Origin: Picochlorum sp. SENEW3
Lineage: Eukaryota
DNA length: 64,000 nucleotides
Direction: 5' to 3'
Assembly: GCA_034226945.1 (NCBI GenBank)
Contig: CP120458.1
Span: 434,001 to 498,000 of the forward strand
The translations under genes were made by a program, and so were the position numbers. The notes beneath the pieces are model-generated. The model was not told where the DNA came from. It saw nothing but the letters and a program-made list of their open reading frames with translations, and did no database searches. Shown in pieces: positions 1 through 12,060 of the stretch (position 1 is its first letter; every line of letters starts with the position of its first letter).

Positions 1-2235
1 GAATACTGTGTATTGTTTGATGCTGGGACAAGGCCCATGCCGAATGCATTGAAGGCAGTCTGTACACATTTTCAAAGGTATCCTAATGTTGGAGCACTTA
101 CAGGGGAACTCAAGGTTGAGAGACCATACAGAACTTTCCTTGCTTCCGTTCAATTCTGTGAGTGGAAGGTATCTCACTTGTTGCAGAAACCAATTGAGTC
201 CATCTGTGGATTTCTTACTGTCTTGCCTGGGGCTTTCTCAGCTTTTCGATGGCTGGCAATTGATGGAGAGCCCCTTCGAAGGTATTTCTATGGTCTCTAC
301 TCCCAAGCAGAGCTGAATGCTTTTGAAGCCAACATGTATCTGGCAGAGGATAGGATTTTGTGTCTTGAAGTGGTTGCAAAAAAGGGGTGCCAGTATAGAT
401 TAGAGTATGTCAAAGAGGCTGTTGCTGAGGCAGATCCAGTCACAAGGCTCGTAAATTTGATGAAGCAGAGACGTCGATGGCTGAATGGCACATTTTTCGC
501 CATGCTCTATGCGTTGGGTAATATGAGCCGAATCTGGTCGGAATCTGGACACTCGTTCATGCGGAAGCTTGTCCTCACCACTGAATTCATCTATTTGACA
601 TTGGTGACTTTGGTAGGAACATGGTTTGGCATCGGTATCTTCTTTGTGATGCTTACAACTTTACTGGAAGTCGCATTCACTGGACCAGGGTGGCTTCAAT
701 CGATTGGTTATGGAGTTGAACTGCTCTATCTGTTCCTCCTTGTGACTGAGTTGATAATCAATCTAAAGAACAAACCTGAACCCGTCGAAAAGGTTCGTCT
801 CCTTTTGTTTCTTTTCTTTTGAGCGAGTATGATGATCATGCTTTTCATTTTGCAGATACATTCATTCTGTGCAATCTACTTTGCGCTTTACATGCTGGTG
901 TTTACTGGTGTCACGATATCATTCTTCATTACAAACTCGACTTTCACTTTTGCAAATGTTTCCTCAGATAAGCTTGGACTGCTTGTTGTCTTGCTGATGA
1001 GTGCTATTGGAGGTATTCTCCTGACTGCCTTGCTTCATGGAGATTTAGTGCAAGTGCTATGCTCTGGATTCCAATATTGGCTCATGGTGCCAACATTTTT
1101 CAACATTTTGCAAGTCAATGCTTTCTGCAATGCGGATGATATTTCATGGGGGACAAAGAACTTGGACAAGAGGGGAGATCACGAGGCTGTCAAAACTCAG
1201 TCAAAGAAGCTCGCATATCGTGTTCGGCCGACTCAGGCATCTCGTGCATTCTGGAAGGCGATGGGAGATCTTCAATCCCATTTATTTGACCAAGAGCAGG
1301 TGAAAAAGTACAATGCTAGAAAAGAGGCCAAGTTAAAGGCATTTGCCTCTTACCTTCTCATTGCGTGGGTTGGATCAAATATCATATTGGTTTCAATCAT
1401 CCTGATTGTCTCAAAAACAACATGGGAAGTTTGTGCTGTGACAGAATCGCAGTTGGCAGTATCAGCAATAAGATCTCAAGCAGATGACTATGATAAAGCC
1501 CTAGCAATAGCAGACTTGGTTCAAACAGCAGCAACAATTCTCATGAGAGGATCACAGCTGTATCCATTTGATGGCTTACAAGGCTTTCCGCAAGCGTATC
1601 CCATGTTGGTGAGTGGTGATGCTCAAGCAAATGCAGCAAGAGGGTCAAGGGTGACAGTTCTGGCAAATGCTACAGAAATGTTCAACAACCTTGACCAAAG
1701 CATGCCTAAATTCGAGGACTGGCTGGCAGAATCAATGGGTATTAATGCATCCGCAACGCTTGAAGAGTTTGAGCAAATATGGATACCAATGCCATCGAAT
1801 ACTACAGGTTTCGATACATCAGTCACCTGCAAAGAGGAAAATGGGTACACCTATTACCTGCAAGCACAGTTCTTACTTCTGATGATAATTGTCTGTTTCC
1901 AGGTTGGAGGGTCCATTATCTTTATCATTTTCACCTGGTGGAGAAGATTCACTGGAGCAGCGTTTGGCACTGGCTTCGGGCGCATTCCAGAAGGTGCATT
2001 GGGCTATGATGCGGAGGGAAAGATTTTGGATACAGATGATGAGGATGACTTGGCCTCAGATTTTGAAGTGTCTATTCAGCCTAACAACCTCAGATACATG
2101 ACTTCCCTTCGAGGAGCACCGTCTTCAGGTGATATGGAAACGGTAACGGATAGTGGAAGCTACACGCCCACATCAGATGGAAGCATGAGAGGGATGAGGC
2201 GCAGAGGCGGCAGTTCCCCAAGATACATCGATTGA
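1..2235 (+). CDS. Chitin synthase (GT2), 5'-truncated by the window edge
   Basis: Motifs DAGT, LPGAFSAFR, LAEDRIL, QRRRW, then TM helices and DDISWGTK. A 63-nt GT-AG intron (793-855) joins the same-frame ORFs 13..822 and 829..2235. Confidence 0.9.
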
Positions 2236-2321
2236 TCCTGCTCAACGATTTGTACAAACGCTGGCAAGAATTATAATGTTTTCTGTTTCATCTCGAGTAA
2301 TAATCTTACATTTACAAGAAA

Positions 2322-3189
2322 TTAGAAGCCACTAAATCCCTTCTTTGCACCATCCCCAGCCGGGATAACACGGAGCACATTGAAACGAACAGTTTTAGAC
2401 AGTGGTCTACATTGCCCAACTGTGACGATATCACCTTCATTGCATCTAAAGCATGGAGAAATGTGCGCTGAGATATTTGTGTGACGCTTCTCATAGCGCT
2501 GGTATTTCTTAATGTAATGAAGATAATCTCTGCGGAGAACTATTGTGCGATGCATCTTTGTGCTCACCACCTTTCCTGAAAGGATTCTGCCTCTGATGGA
2601 GACATCACCAGTGAATGGGCACTTTTTATCGATATATTTGCCCTCAATAGCATCTTTTGGAGTCTTGAATCCTAGACCAACATTCTTATACCACCTATTT
2701 CCGTTCTTCCCAGGAATTTTCCCACCCTTTCGCGCAGTCTTCTTATATCTGCAATCAAAAAATCACATGGTCAGATGAGTATGGACGCTGTCATCGAAAG
2801 CCATACGGACATGGAGCAAGACGGCGACTCGACCGTCCTGGTAACTCGCATCCGCAGACATGACACATTCCCCTGACGCATTAATTCAACACTATAAGAA
2901 AATCACATCAACATACCCTCGGCTGATTCCAACCTGTCTCTGGAAAGCCTTCTCAGTCTGCATAGCCGCAACATGGGTGTTAGTCATTTCGTAGAGCATA
3001 CCGCACTGCTTCCAGTATCTTTCTCTCACACAGACTAGTTGATTCTTAATTGGATCAACAATATTCTATATCAAACCATGTATCGCTGTGCCACCCGCCA
3101 GCCTCCATGACGGAACAAGGTGTCCAGCCGTCGTGGAGAAGCGGCTTCAACTATACCAAATCATCCCTTAGACGCACCTGATCAGCCAT
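2322..3189 (-). CDS. RPS11: 40S ribosomal protein S11 (uS17), 3 exons
   Basis: [12 protein letters not shown]...|...[10 protein letters not shown]...[11 protein letters not shown]...[12 protein letters not shown]. Introns at about 2959-3177 and 2749-2916. Confidence 0.97.
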
Positions 3190-3570
3190 ATTTCCTGTTT
3201 AACTTCCCTGTATTGCTTGATAAATAATGGAATTTACACTCCTAGCTCAGGTGCCCAAGAGTTTGCTTTCTACCTGTGGGCTAGCCCCGTGCAGAAAGCC
3301 CAGTCGATCTAGAATCCTCCGGTCCAAGTACCTGTCTGATGGGGTTTCCTGTAGATTGGATGGTCCCTCCCATCAAATCACTCCTTTGATGGGAGACTTG
3401 ATGTCCCTTTTCAGCGGATGGATGGACTACGCCGTCCTAGTCTACCACGCAGCAGTGATGTGGCAGAAGAAATTCCCAAGATCAAAGCTACTTATTTCCT
3501 GTGGTACGCAACCTTGCCATGTGCATGGAGCTCGAGCAGATCTGGGAATATCCATGTCAGCTGAGTGAGT

Positions 3571-4861
3571 ATGGGAAGGGCAGAAAAGTTGTTCTATCGG
3601 ACTTGTTTACGAACGCTTGATGGGTTTAAAAGCTTGCGAATACCTTTCACTGGAGTATATGGCACTTGTCTAGTGAATTGGAGTTTAGATAGTCAGGAAT
3701 CAGTGCGGCATTGGTGTAAGAGTGGAGTGCAGGGTTTGAATAGTCTGCAAGGTGGGTTTGATCAGCTCCCGATGTTTCTTTCGAACAGGGTGATTGTCCA
3801 CGCAATGGGTGATATGATAATAATGCTCGAGTGATGCGCAGATGGGATGGATTGCGTGAGTAGAGCTCAACGCCAGTTGCAGGTACTGCAGAGCGTGGAG
3901 GAGGAAACTCACAAGGTATGCACCACGGTCAATGCTAGAAATGAACATCATGTATTCGTCATGAAATGGATTGGGTACCTATTTTTTAATGCTTGTATAG
4001 GCAATCAATGAATGGGGGGAAGCGGTGGATGCGGTAGTGATGTATAGAAGACAAAATCATCTGGATGCATGTGACTCGGAAGGCATCATACGTGGGAATC
4101 TGATCGGCATGGAGGTCATCTCGAGACAAATCAACGATATCATGGGTAATAGCATCAATGCAAGTGTTTCGGACGGCATGGAGCAATGTATTGATGCTGC
4201 TGCATGTACCATTGAGAAGTTTCTGGAGCCAAGGAATGATCAGGTTGAGGAAAGGATAGAGTCGCTTATCCGCTCTTTCTATGGGCGTCTTGGATATAAA
4301 TACGAGCCTTTTGAATGGCTTTACGAAGGGTTGAGCCCAATACTCCTAACCCATGTGATGCAAACAAGAAAGGGATCACCAGCAGCTCTTGCATTGGCAT
4401 TGAGTGCAATAGGTTCAAAGGTGGGGATCCATCTTCTACCAATGCCATTAGATGATAGTGATTTAGGTCGCCGAGGAGCAATAGACGAATCACTCGAGCC
4501 TTTGCTCGAAACATTACCTCCTGAAGTTGCGAGTAGGCTGAATAGTGCTGGGTGTGGTCCAAATCCTTTGACCTGGATTTTGAGATTAGATGCCGGGCTT
4601 GCAGAGAATGCTGCCTTGTATGTGGACTGCAAGGAAGGAATCTTGTTGACAAAGTCAGATATGATGAAGAGGTTCCCATCCATGGGACAGCTATCTGCTG
4701 CAGACTGGAGAGAGCAAAGTCTTTTGAGATCGTGGAATGGATTGATCCAACTCGCCATTCAGGCTCATCAACGACGAGGAGAAAGCGATTGGGTGGCGCA
4801 CTGGATTTACGTAAAGCTGGCTATGGACCCGCTCGCGCCCGAGTGGGGCATGGTACTGTGA
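3571..4861 (+). CDS. SirB1/Transglut_core2-like domain protein, 3 exons
   Basis: LLTHVMQTRKGSPAALALALSAIG resembles the Transglut_core2 motif. Introns at about 3752-3841 and 3916-4001 keep the frame from ATG 3571. Confidence 0.6.
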
Positions 4862-5018
4862 CATTGTGGTTTGATGTTTACCTAGGACTGTCCAATCCCA
4901 TGCATGGGATGGGCCTTCAGCCAAAGAAACGCGTTCGAATTGAATACGTTTCTTTCCATTTGTACAGTGATACAGTAAAAAACTGGAAAATATCTGACCT
5001 GGTTGGTTTCTGTAAGAC

Positions 5019-5876
5019 ATGGGCGCTTTGCTGCGATTGGCATTGTTGTTGACTGCAACTTTTGGCTGTGTCACTGCCCAGCTTCCTCAGCAGCTCTCCA
5101 ATGTGCTTAGCGGGCTAGGCTCGATGGTGATTGATACATTTTCTGACACAATTGGAGGTGAATTAGGCTATGCTACATGCGTTCCTTATGAAATTCCTGC
5201 GCAATTCGAGAGTTATCAGGACTTCTGTCGTCACTTGAGTCAGATGGAAGATGAAGAAATTGACAGCATTTTCAAAGAAGGAACAGGCCCTCAATCTCCA
5301 TATGACGCTTTCCCTTTAAAAGGATGTGTATTAGGGTGTATTATAGGAAAAAATAGTTACGAAAGGGGTGCATTGTGGGGCTCTGGATCCTGGAGTGGAA
5401 AATGCATTCGGAACAACAATGAACTCAAGAATTTGCTGACACCCATCCCATCTCTTGGGGGCGCTATGACTGTCATGGACACATTTGAATGGAGTGAAAT
5501 GCTTCCTGTGACTGAGAGATATCCTGGCTCAATCTCTGTCGACTGGTCCTGGTGGGATGCATACAACACGCTTGCATCTAGTGGTAGAATGTCTAGGGTC
5601 TGGACATTATCGTATGATGATGTTGTCATCCCAGAGCCGTCTCCCGATGACGGGCCTTTAGGAGAACTCATGGCGGCGTATCCCAAACTGGTCAAAGGAT
5701 CAAGGGATGAAGTGCGAATGATTGAACCTGGTTTGGTCTTTGGACAGCTGTTTCGCAGGCCAAACTCCTATCTGAATCCCCTTCCTGTTCCTGTCGACAG
5801 TGGTATACGCTTCGCGATGATTCAAGTGTGTCAGGGCGACAGATATGCCGTGAATGGCAATCTGAGAGATTTGTAA
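5019..5876 (+). CDS. Hypothetical secreted protein (285 aa)
   Basis: Intact ORF with signal-peptide-like N-terminus (MGALLRLALLLTATFGCVTA) and several Cys. No family recognised. Confidence 0.7.
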   Translation: MGALLRLALLLTATFGCVTAQLPQQLSNVLSGLGSMVIDTFSDTIGGELGYATCVPYEIPAQFESYQDFCRHLSQMEDEEIDSIFKEGTGPQSPYDAFPLKGCVLGCIIGKNSYERGALWGSGSWSGKCIRNNNELKNLLTPIPSLGGAMTVMDTFEWSEMLPVTERYPGSISVDWSWWDAYNTLASSGRMSRVWTLSYDDVVIPEPSPDDGPLGELMAAYPKLVKGSRDEVRMIEPGLVFGQLFRRPNSYLNPLPVPVDSGIRFAMIQVCQGDRYAVNGNLRDL

Positions 5877-7510
5877 TGAAAAGGGCCAAGTCCTACGTGG
5901 CAATGACTGATGGCCCAAGAGCAAAGGATCAGAGCCATCCCGGTATTATGCTTTGTTCTGAATTGTATTTCGTGAATGGATGTAAAAGCTTGGGCATCTG
6001 TGGATCTAGAGCCAGTTTCATTCCTGGTTGAAGAAAAGGTTTGTCCATGCATCTTGCTGTAAGCTTGCGGGATTTCTGCCTTTTGTAACACTTTCATGCC
6101 GAGATTGACCATATTTGTAATATATAGGTTGAGAAATGTGATTTTTTCTCCAAGTACTGGGAGAAATCACCATTGCATGTTGAATCCTCTCCAAAAACGC
6201 GGGAGCTATTTCAATCTCTCTTTCCTGATTCATTTTTGACCGATGGGAAACTCTCAGGAAATCATTTAGTCCTTGGAAGTGACGTACTGGGTGCGAAATT
6301 CGAAAAAGGGGAGCGACATTCTCTGATCGATGCTGAGGAATGGACTGTACAGAGTTTGTTGGAGCAAGGGTGGACACTGCAAGTTCATCAGCCTCAGCGT
6401 TTTGAGGACAATCTCTGGAGGTTGTGTGCATCCTTGGAGTCGAGTTTAGAGTGTTTGGTTGGGTGTAATGCGTACATCACCCCTGAAGGGCATCAGGGAC
6501 TTGCTCCACATTATGATGATGTGTCAATATTTTGCTGTCAGGTTTCAGGAAGGAAGAGGTGGAAGCTATACAGCGCAAACCCTCCTTTGGCAAATCATTG
6601 CAGTGGGGATTTAGACTCAGAATCACTCGGTATACCTCTGCAAGAGGTGGACATGAGCCCAGGGGACGTGCTGTATCTTCCTCGGGGAGTGATTCACCAA
6701 GCAATGGGCACTGATGAGACTTCTGTACATCTTACTATCAGTACGTATCAGAGATGGACTTTTGGGGATTTGGCATTGAAAGCAGTTGAAGCCATGCTAT
6801 CGCTTCCTGCGCTGCAGCTTGAATTGCCAGATATTGCTCGAGAGAGTTTGCCAGTGACTCAGGGTCGTGGTTCAGATCTCTCGAAAGGGGTAACTAATGT
6901 TTTCGTTGAGTTAGGAAACCACATGAAATCTCACGGTAATAAGATTTCGATGCATGCCATGCATGCCTTGAAACATGACTTTATGGTGAACCGCTTGCCA
7001 CCTCATCCCAAACAAGTAGTAGACAAAGGTCCATGCCCAGGGCTCCACGATACCATCGAGGCGGTCCATCGGAAGTTCTTTTATCTCTTTAGAGAGAATT
7101 GTACAGATATTTATTCTGAGTATAATGAAAAAACACGTACAGTTGATTTGTCAGGCAGAGAAGATGTGCAATTGAGATTGGTATCAAGCCTGAGAAACAA
7201 TAGGCATTCTCACATGATGCCCTCTCCTCATGTCAGCGAAGATGATGGATACGATAAAGAAGGGGAAGAAAATGAGGAAGAGGAAGAAGAGGAAGAGGAT
7301 GATGAAATTATACTTCCTCAGTCATATGAATCTGTGCTGGCACAACTATTTGAGGGCAACCCAATATACGTGAAAAACCTTCTCTTGAATGATGATGAGG
7401 AAAAGCTTTCTTTGGCCAGACTGATGTGGGATTTTGGTTTGGTGAAGACCAGCATACAAACTCACAGGAAAAGAAAAGCTGACACCCACAAGGCATTTTC
7501 TCATAAGTAG
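5876..7510 (+). CDS. NO66: JmjC ribosomal oxygenase, NO66/RIOX1 family, 3 exons
   Basis: FFSKYWEKSPL, GCNAYITP..QGLAPHYDD, GDVLYLPRGVIHQA (HxD...H triad). Exons 5876-5942, 6010-6038 and 6128-7510 join in frame. Confidence 0.88.
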
Positions 7511-8790
7511 GTCATGCAACAATATATACTGCCATGAATTATTTGCGAACGTGTAAAGATCCGCTGTACTTTATTCGATTTACTACGTTTGCCATGATTT
7601 CTATTTATTCGCACGCATTTCGCGGCACCATAATTGAACAATGAATTAATTAGTGTGGATTCCATTGCCCGCTGATCCCGGTTCATAGTGATCCAGAATT
7701 CCGATATACATTTGTCCCCGGCGAATTGCGACAGGGTTGGTCCAGGACAAATTGTCCTCCGAATAGAATCTCTAGCAGCAAATAAAAACAGAAGTTCCTT
7801 CACAACTGTTACTTCCCAAACAATCAACTTCTGACCATATCTTTAGATCTATTTTGAGCGAAAGTGAACTCGAAGCGTGATGAGTGTTCTGGAGTAGTTC
7901 ACGATGAATTCCACGGGGTCTAAAATTAGGCCTCTTCTCTCTATGGGATGTTCTGGAAGAGATCAAACACCCCCGAGGAGTATTTGACTGCCTTATCAGA
8001 GAATCAGGGGTCACTTCACCCAAGCTAGATTTATTGAAATTGTGAGGTGTTGCAGTGGAACACCACCACAGCAACCTCGCAGCAAGGTGACCTTAGATCT
8101 GTCTGCATGAATTAAGACCACTTCCTCACAGGGTCAGAATTTCTCGACTCATTGATAGCCTGGCTCATGTCTGACGTGGCCTGAATATGAAGCATCATCT
8201 TCATATTCAGTTGTGTCACTCTACACTACGATTTTTGCAACAATGCTTTCCGCTGCCGCCCACATTTCCTGGTAAACTACTGTGATGCCGAGGCATCTAT
8301 GGCTGATTGACAAAACAGAGTAGCATTTCAACAAACGCGGCGGTTGGTGTCGCCGTGACGTTACAAACACATCCTGTGAAAGCATAGCATAGCATCGCTA
8401 AATGAAGTGATGTAAGGAACAGGCACACACGCCGAGTTTTGTAGACAAATTGTCTATCTCGTATGTAGCGAATTTCCCCCTTCATTGTCGGTAGCGTATT
8501 CTTATTCAACGAAAGTGAGGAAGGGAGCACTGACTCTTGCTGTTGCTCTGAATCTCTAACGTTTGCACCACTCCAGTGTTATGCATTGAAGATTTGGATC
8601 TGCAATCCGTATCGTTCATCTCACAAATCCTTAGTAGTAGTACGGGCCTGCAGTCTCATGTGTACCTAGTAGGTACTACCTACCTTTGTCGATCCGTCGA
8701 ATTAAGCTTATCCATTGGCATGAATACCTCAGCATGGAAAAAGGAAAAAGTATGAAAATTTATTATTGCAAATTCAACGAATAATAACAC

Positions 8791-10558
8791 ATGATGCTGG
8801 TTCCTCGGTCATCACATCGTCCTTGCGCACCTACAATCAGGGCTGTACACACCCCACGGGTACAGATCCATCGATATACTGGGAGATCAGTACACTTTAA
8901 TGATAGAAATTACGGGTTTGGGACGATTAGGACGATCTGCCGGGCAGAGTCGAAGGAATTCCCTCAAGAGAGTGCCGAGGTTTGTTGATCGACCAACATT
9001 GTTCTTGATTGGTGATAGATGTAGGGTTTTGCGTGACGAATGTTAATCAATGGTGTATTTGCAGGATATTAAAGAGATTTCTGAGCTTTCAGAGGCTCCG
9101 GTGCAATATTCGAAAGAGTTCGTTAGGACGAGGCTCATCACATTTGCTGGGATCGTACTTGGGTACGCGAGTTTTTACCTGACTCGTAATAGTTTGACGT
9201 ATACAGCTCCAGCCATGGTTGCTGATGCATCTTTAGGAGTGTCGATGACAGATGTACGTGCTTGATATGATATGGGAACCTTCGAACAACAATCAGTGTT
9301 TGATGAGAGGATTCATTTATTGCAGATTGGAGCATTGACGTCTCTCTTTCCCATCATGTATGGAATGTCCAAGTTTTTCTCTGGAGTTCTTGGTTCAAAA
9401 ACGTCTCCCAGATTTCTTCTGGCAGGAGGGCTCATGGCGACTGCGGCAATGAATATCGCTTTTGGCTTCTCTGCTTCGATGCTGTGGTTTTCTGTTTTTT
9501 GGTCCATGAATGGAATGCTTCAAGGCTTGGGCGCTCCTGGATGTGCTCGAATTCTAACATCTTGGTTTGCAGCGAAAGAGAGGGGGACGTATTGGGGCAT
9601 GTGGAATATTGCACATAATCTAGGTGGTTTTATTGCTCCTATTCTGGCGGGCACTGCAGCCAAGATGTATGGATGGCAGTGGGGTGCGTGGATACTGTAT
9701 TGATTGCATGCGTGGCTTGTAATAATCATTATCCGCTAACAATATGTAGGTTTGTTTGCCCCCGGTCTCATTGGAATTACGATGGGTATTCTGGTGTTGT
9801 TGGGTGTCAAGGATTCTCCCGAGTCAGCTGGCTTTAGCCCCGTGGAAAGAAGCGATTCCAATAGCAATACTGCATCAACAACCAAAAATGAGGGGAAAAA
9901 GGAGTCTCTTCTCGATTTATTAGTCAATGATTGCCTCAGGAATCCATTTGTTGTTGGTCTTGCAGTGACCTACTTTTTCATCTATGTTGTACGTCAGGGA
10001 GTCACCTCATGGTTTGTATTCTATCTTCTTCAAGTCAAAGAAGTAGCAGATGCTGGAGCAGCTTCTCTGCGAGTGTCTGGGCTAGAACTGGGAGGTCTGT
10101 TTGGCTCTCTGATAGCTGGGAAAGTGTCTGATATACTTATTTCGCGTTCAAAAGGCAAGGAGGGTACTGTCGGAAAGAGGATTCAAGTAGTGATTGTTTA
10201 TACGATAGGAATAGCCGCTATGCTGGCCGCGTTCGCGGCAACTCCTGCTTCCATGGGTTCCCTCCAATGGCTCACAGTGTTCATGATTGGCTTCTTCCTC
10301 TATGGGCCACAAATGATGATTGGGTTATGTGGAGCTGAGCTGGTCCGACCAGATTCTGTTGGGGCATCTCAAGGATTCCTGGGTTGGGTTGCATATATTG
10401 GAGCGGCAAATGCAGGAATTCCATTGTCCATGGTAGTTCAGAACATGGGATGGGGTGCATACTTCTCAACACTTATGGCTGCCTGTGGGATTGCTGTTTT
10501 ACTTTTGCTACCCATGACAAATGCGAAAAGTTACAGTCAAAATCATAAGACTATGTAA
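8791..10558 (+). CDS. uhpC: UhpC-type hexose-phosphate transporter (MFS, OPA family), probably plastid envelope
   Basis: GYASFYLTRNS, ERGTYWGMWNIAHNLGG, GFFLYGPQMMIGL. Transit-peptide-like first exon and three short introns. Confidence 0.88.
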
Positions 10559-10593
10559 TCATATAAAGCAATCAATATAGAATGACATGGGTT

Positions 10594-11714
10594 TTAGCGT
10601 GCTGTTGGACAGGGGAGCATTCGTACCCCATCAATCTTTTCATTTGCAACACTTCGTACTGCTGGAATATGCTTCTCCTTACTTCTCTGGATCAAAGTCC
10701 GCAGTAATGGTCGGTAGTTTCCCTGCTGTTGAACGCTTTCAAGCTTGGTTTTTATTGGTCTCAATTTCTTGTGCACAAAGTAGTATGATTCCCCATGCCC
10801 TGAATCAAATTTCAAAAGATACACTGTATCATCATTGCCTTCTAATTTCTTTGATGTTGCTGCCCTGTACGCCTCGACAAGTCCATCTTTCCCAGTATCT
10901 CTGTCGTCACAGAAGCCTGTTGGACTAGGGAGTCCTGATGATAAGTCTCCACTGCTTGTGCTAGAGTAACTACAGAATGGGGACAGCTCTTCTTCGCTTG
11001 CAACGCGATCCAACCGCACACCAGACCACAGCGAGGAATCATCACCAACCAAGGTCTGCTCTCTCAATGCGTCTTTTGTCAGGGACAACGGGCGATTCGC
11101 GCTTCTCCCCGTAAACTTTTGTATGCAATGCAACAGTGAAGCAAACCCGACCATCACGGAGACTGGGGCGATCTTCACAACTAGGGAGGATGATTCAATT
11201 GATAATAAGATTGAAGTTATCTTCGTCAGAGGTGTTCTTATCACCACTTGGCACGCTATAAAACAAATTTGCAGCAGCAGTGCAGCAGCCTTGATACACA
11301 GAGGATGTGACTTTGAACTGCCAACTGCTCCACCCTCTGGAAATGCTTTCAGAGACGCAAACCCAGTAAAACCAATCAAAACAAGTGACACAAAGTCCCA
11401 CTCTAACTCTCGCACGACTGCATAGACATCAAAGAATCATGAATGTTTCCTCACACTCGGCAGTTTCCAACTCAGCAAGAGCTGCGTCGTCATGTCCCGA
11501 ACAAGTTGATCGCACCTCCAACAGCACTCAATATCGCTAAAACAGGCAATCCTATACAAAATATCACTGATTGTATCTTCCCCACTCGCCGCAAAATCGA
11601 TTCAAGTAGATCCAGCTGCTGCCTGGATTGCCTGGTTCGAAGACTCTTGTAAACTGGCAACTCGCGTTCAGCCGCAGAGAATGTATCTAATGCCTTGTAA
11701 TGGACAAAGACCAT
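10594..11714 (-). CDS. Hypothetical multi-pass membrane protein
   Basis: ORF 11490..11714 joins ORF 10594..11415 through a GTGCG...CAG intron (11418-11515). Several hydrophobic helices, then a Ser-rich tail. Confidence 0.5.
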
Positions 11715-11923
11715 TACAAAGTAAAAGTCTTTAGCACAAAGTCCGCAGAAGAAGGGCTGTGCATAAAGTCCTGCGTTGGCCCTCGAGGGTAGATCTGCTG
11801 AATCACACCCGTCAATACCTAGGTCTTATGAGCAAGTAAAGAACGGATATGTTACACAAATCAATTGTTTTTAATGGGGTTGGGCAATGCGCTGATATCA
11901 AATCTCGGTTGCAGATTTTTGGG

Positions 11924-12060
11924 ATATGGGATCTTTGGGGCCGAATCCGGGTGGCTACTCGGGCTTCCCGACCTGGCCGGCCAGGCCTGGGTCGGTCACG
12001 GCCATGGCCAGACCCCCCTCCTTCAAGGGAGGGAAGGGTGCCCCCTCAATTGTCCCATAT
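11924..12060. other. GC-rich multi-hairpin element, candidate structured ncRNA
   Basis: 11937-12044 is about 73% GC by hand count. Closing GGGGC/GCCCC, outer ATATGGGA/TCCCATAT, and four internal hairpins. Confidence 0.45.

Noticed and set aside
3227..3568. 113-aa ORF ending 2 nt before ATG 3571, as a possible bicistron
   Set aside because: It starts 37 nt from the divergent RPS11 ATG and has no recognisable motif; probably a chance ORF in the spacer.
11490..11493. Apparent ATGA stop/start overlap on the minus strand
   Set aside because: It needs a 39-nt intron. A strong GAG|GTGCGA donor at 11515 gives a normal 98-nt intron that removes both codons.
11875..11885. CCCAACCCCA as a telomerase template
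   Set aside because: It would specify TTGGGG rather than typical green-algal repeats, and no supporting pseudoknot was seen.
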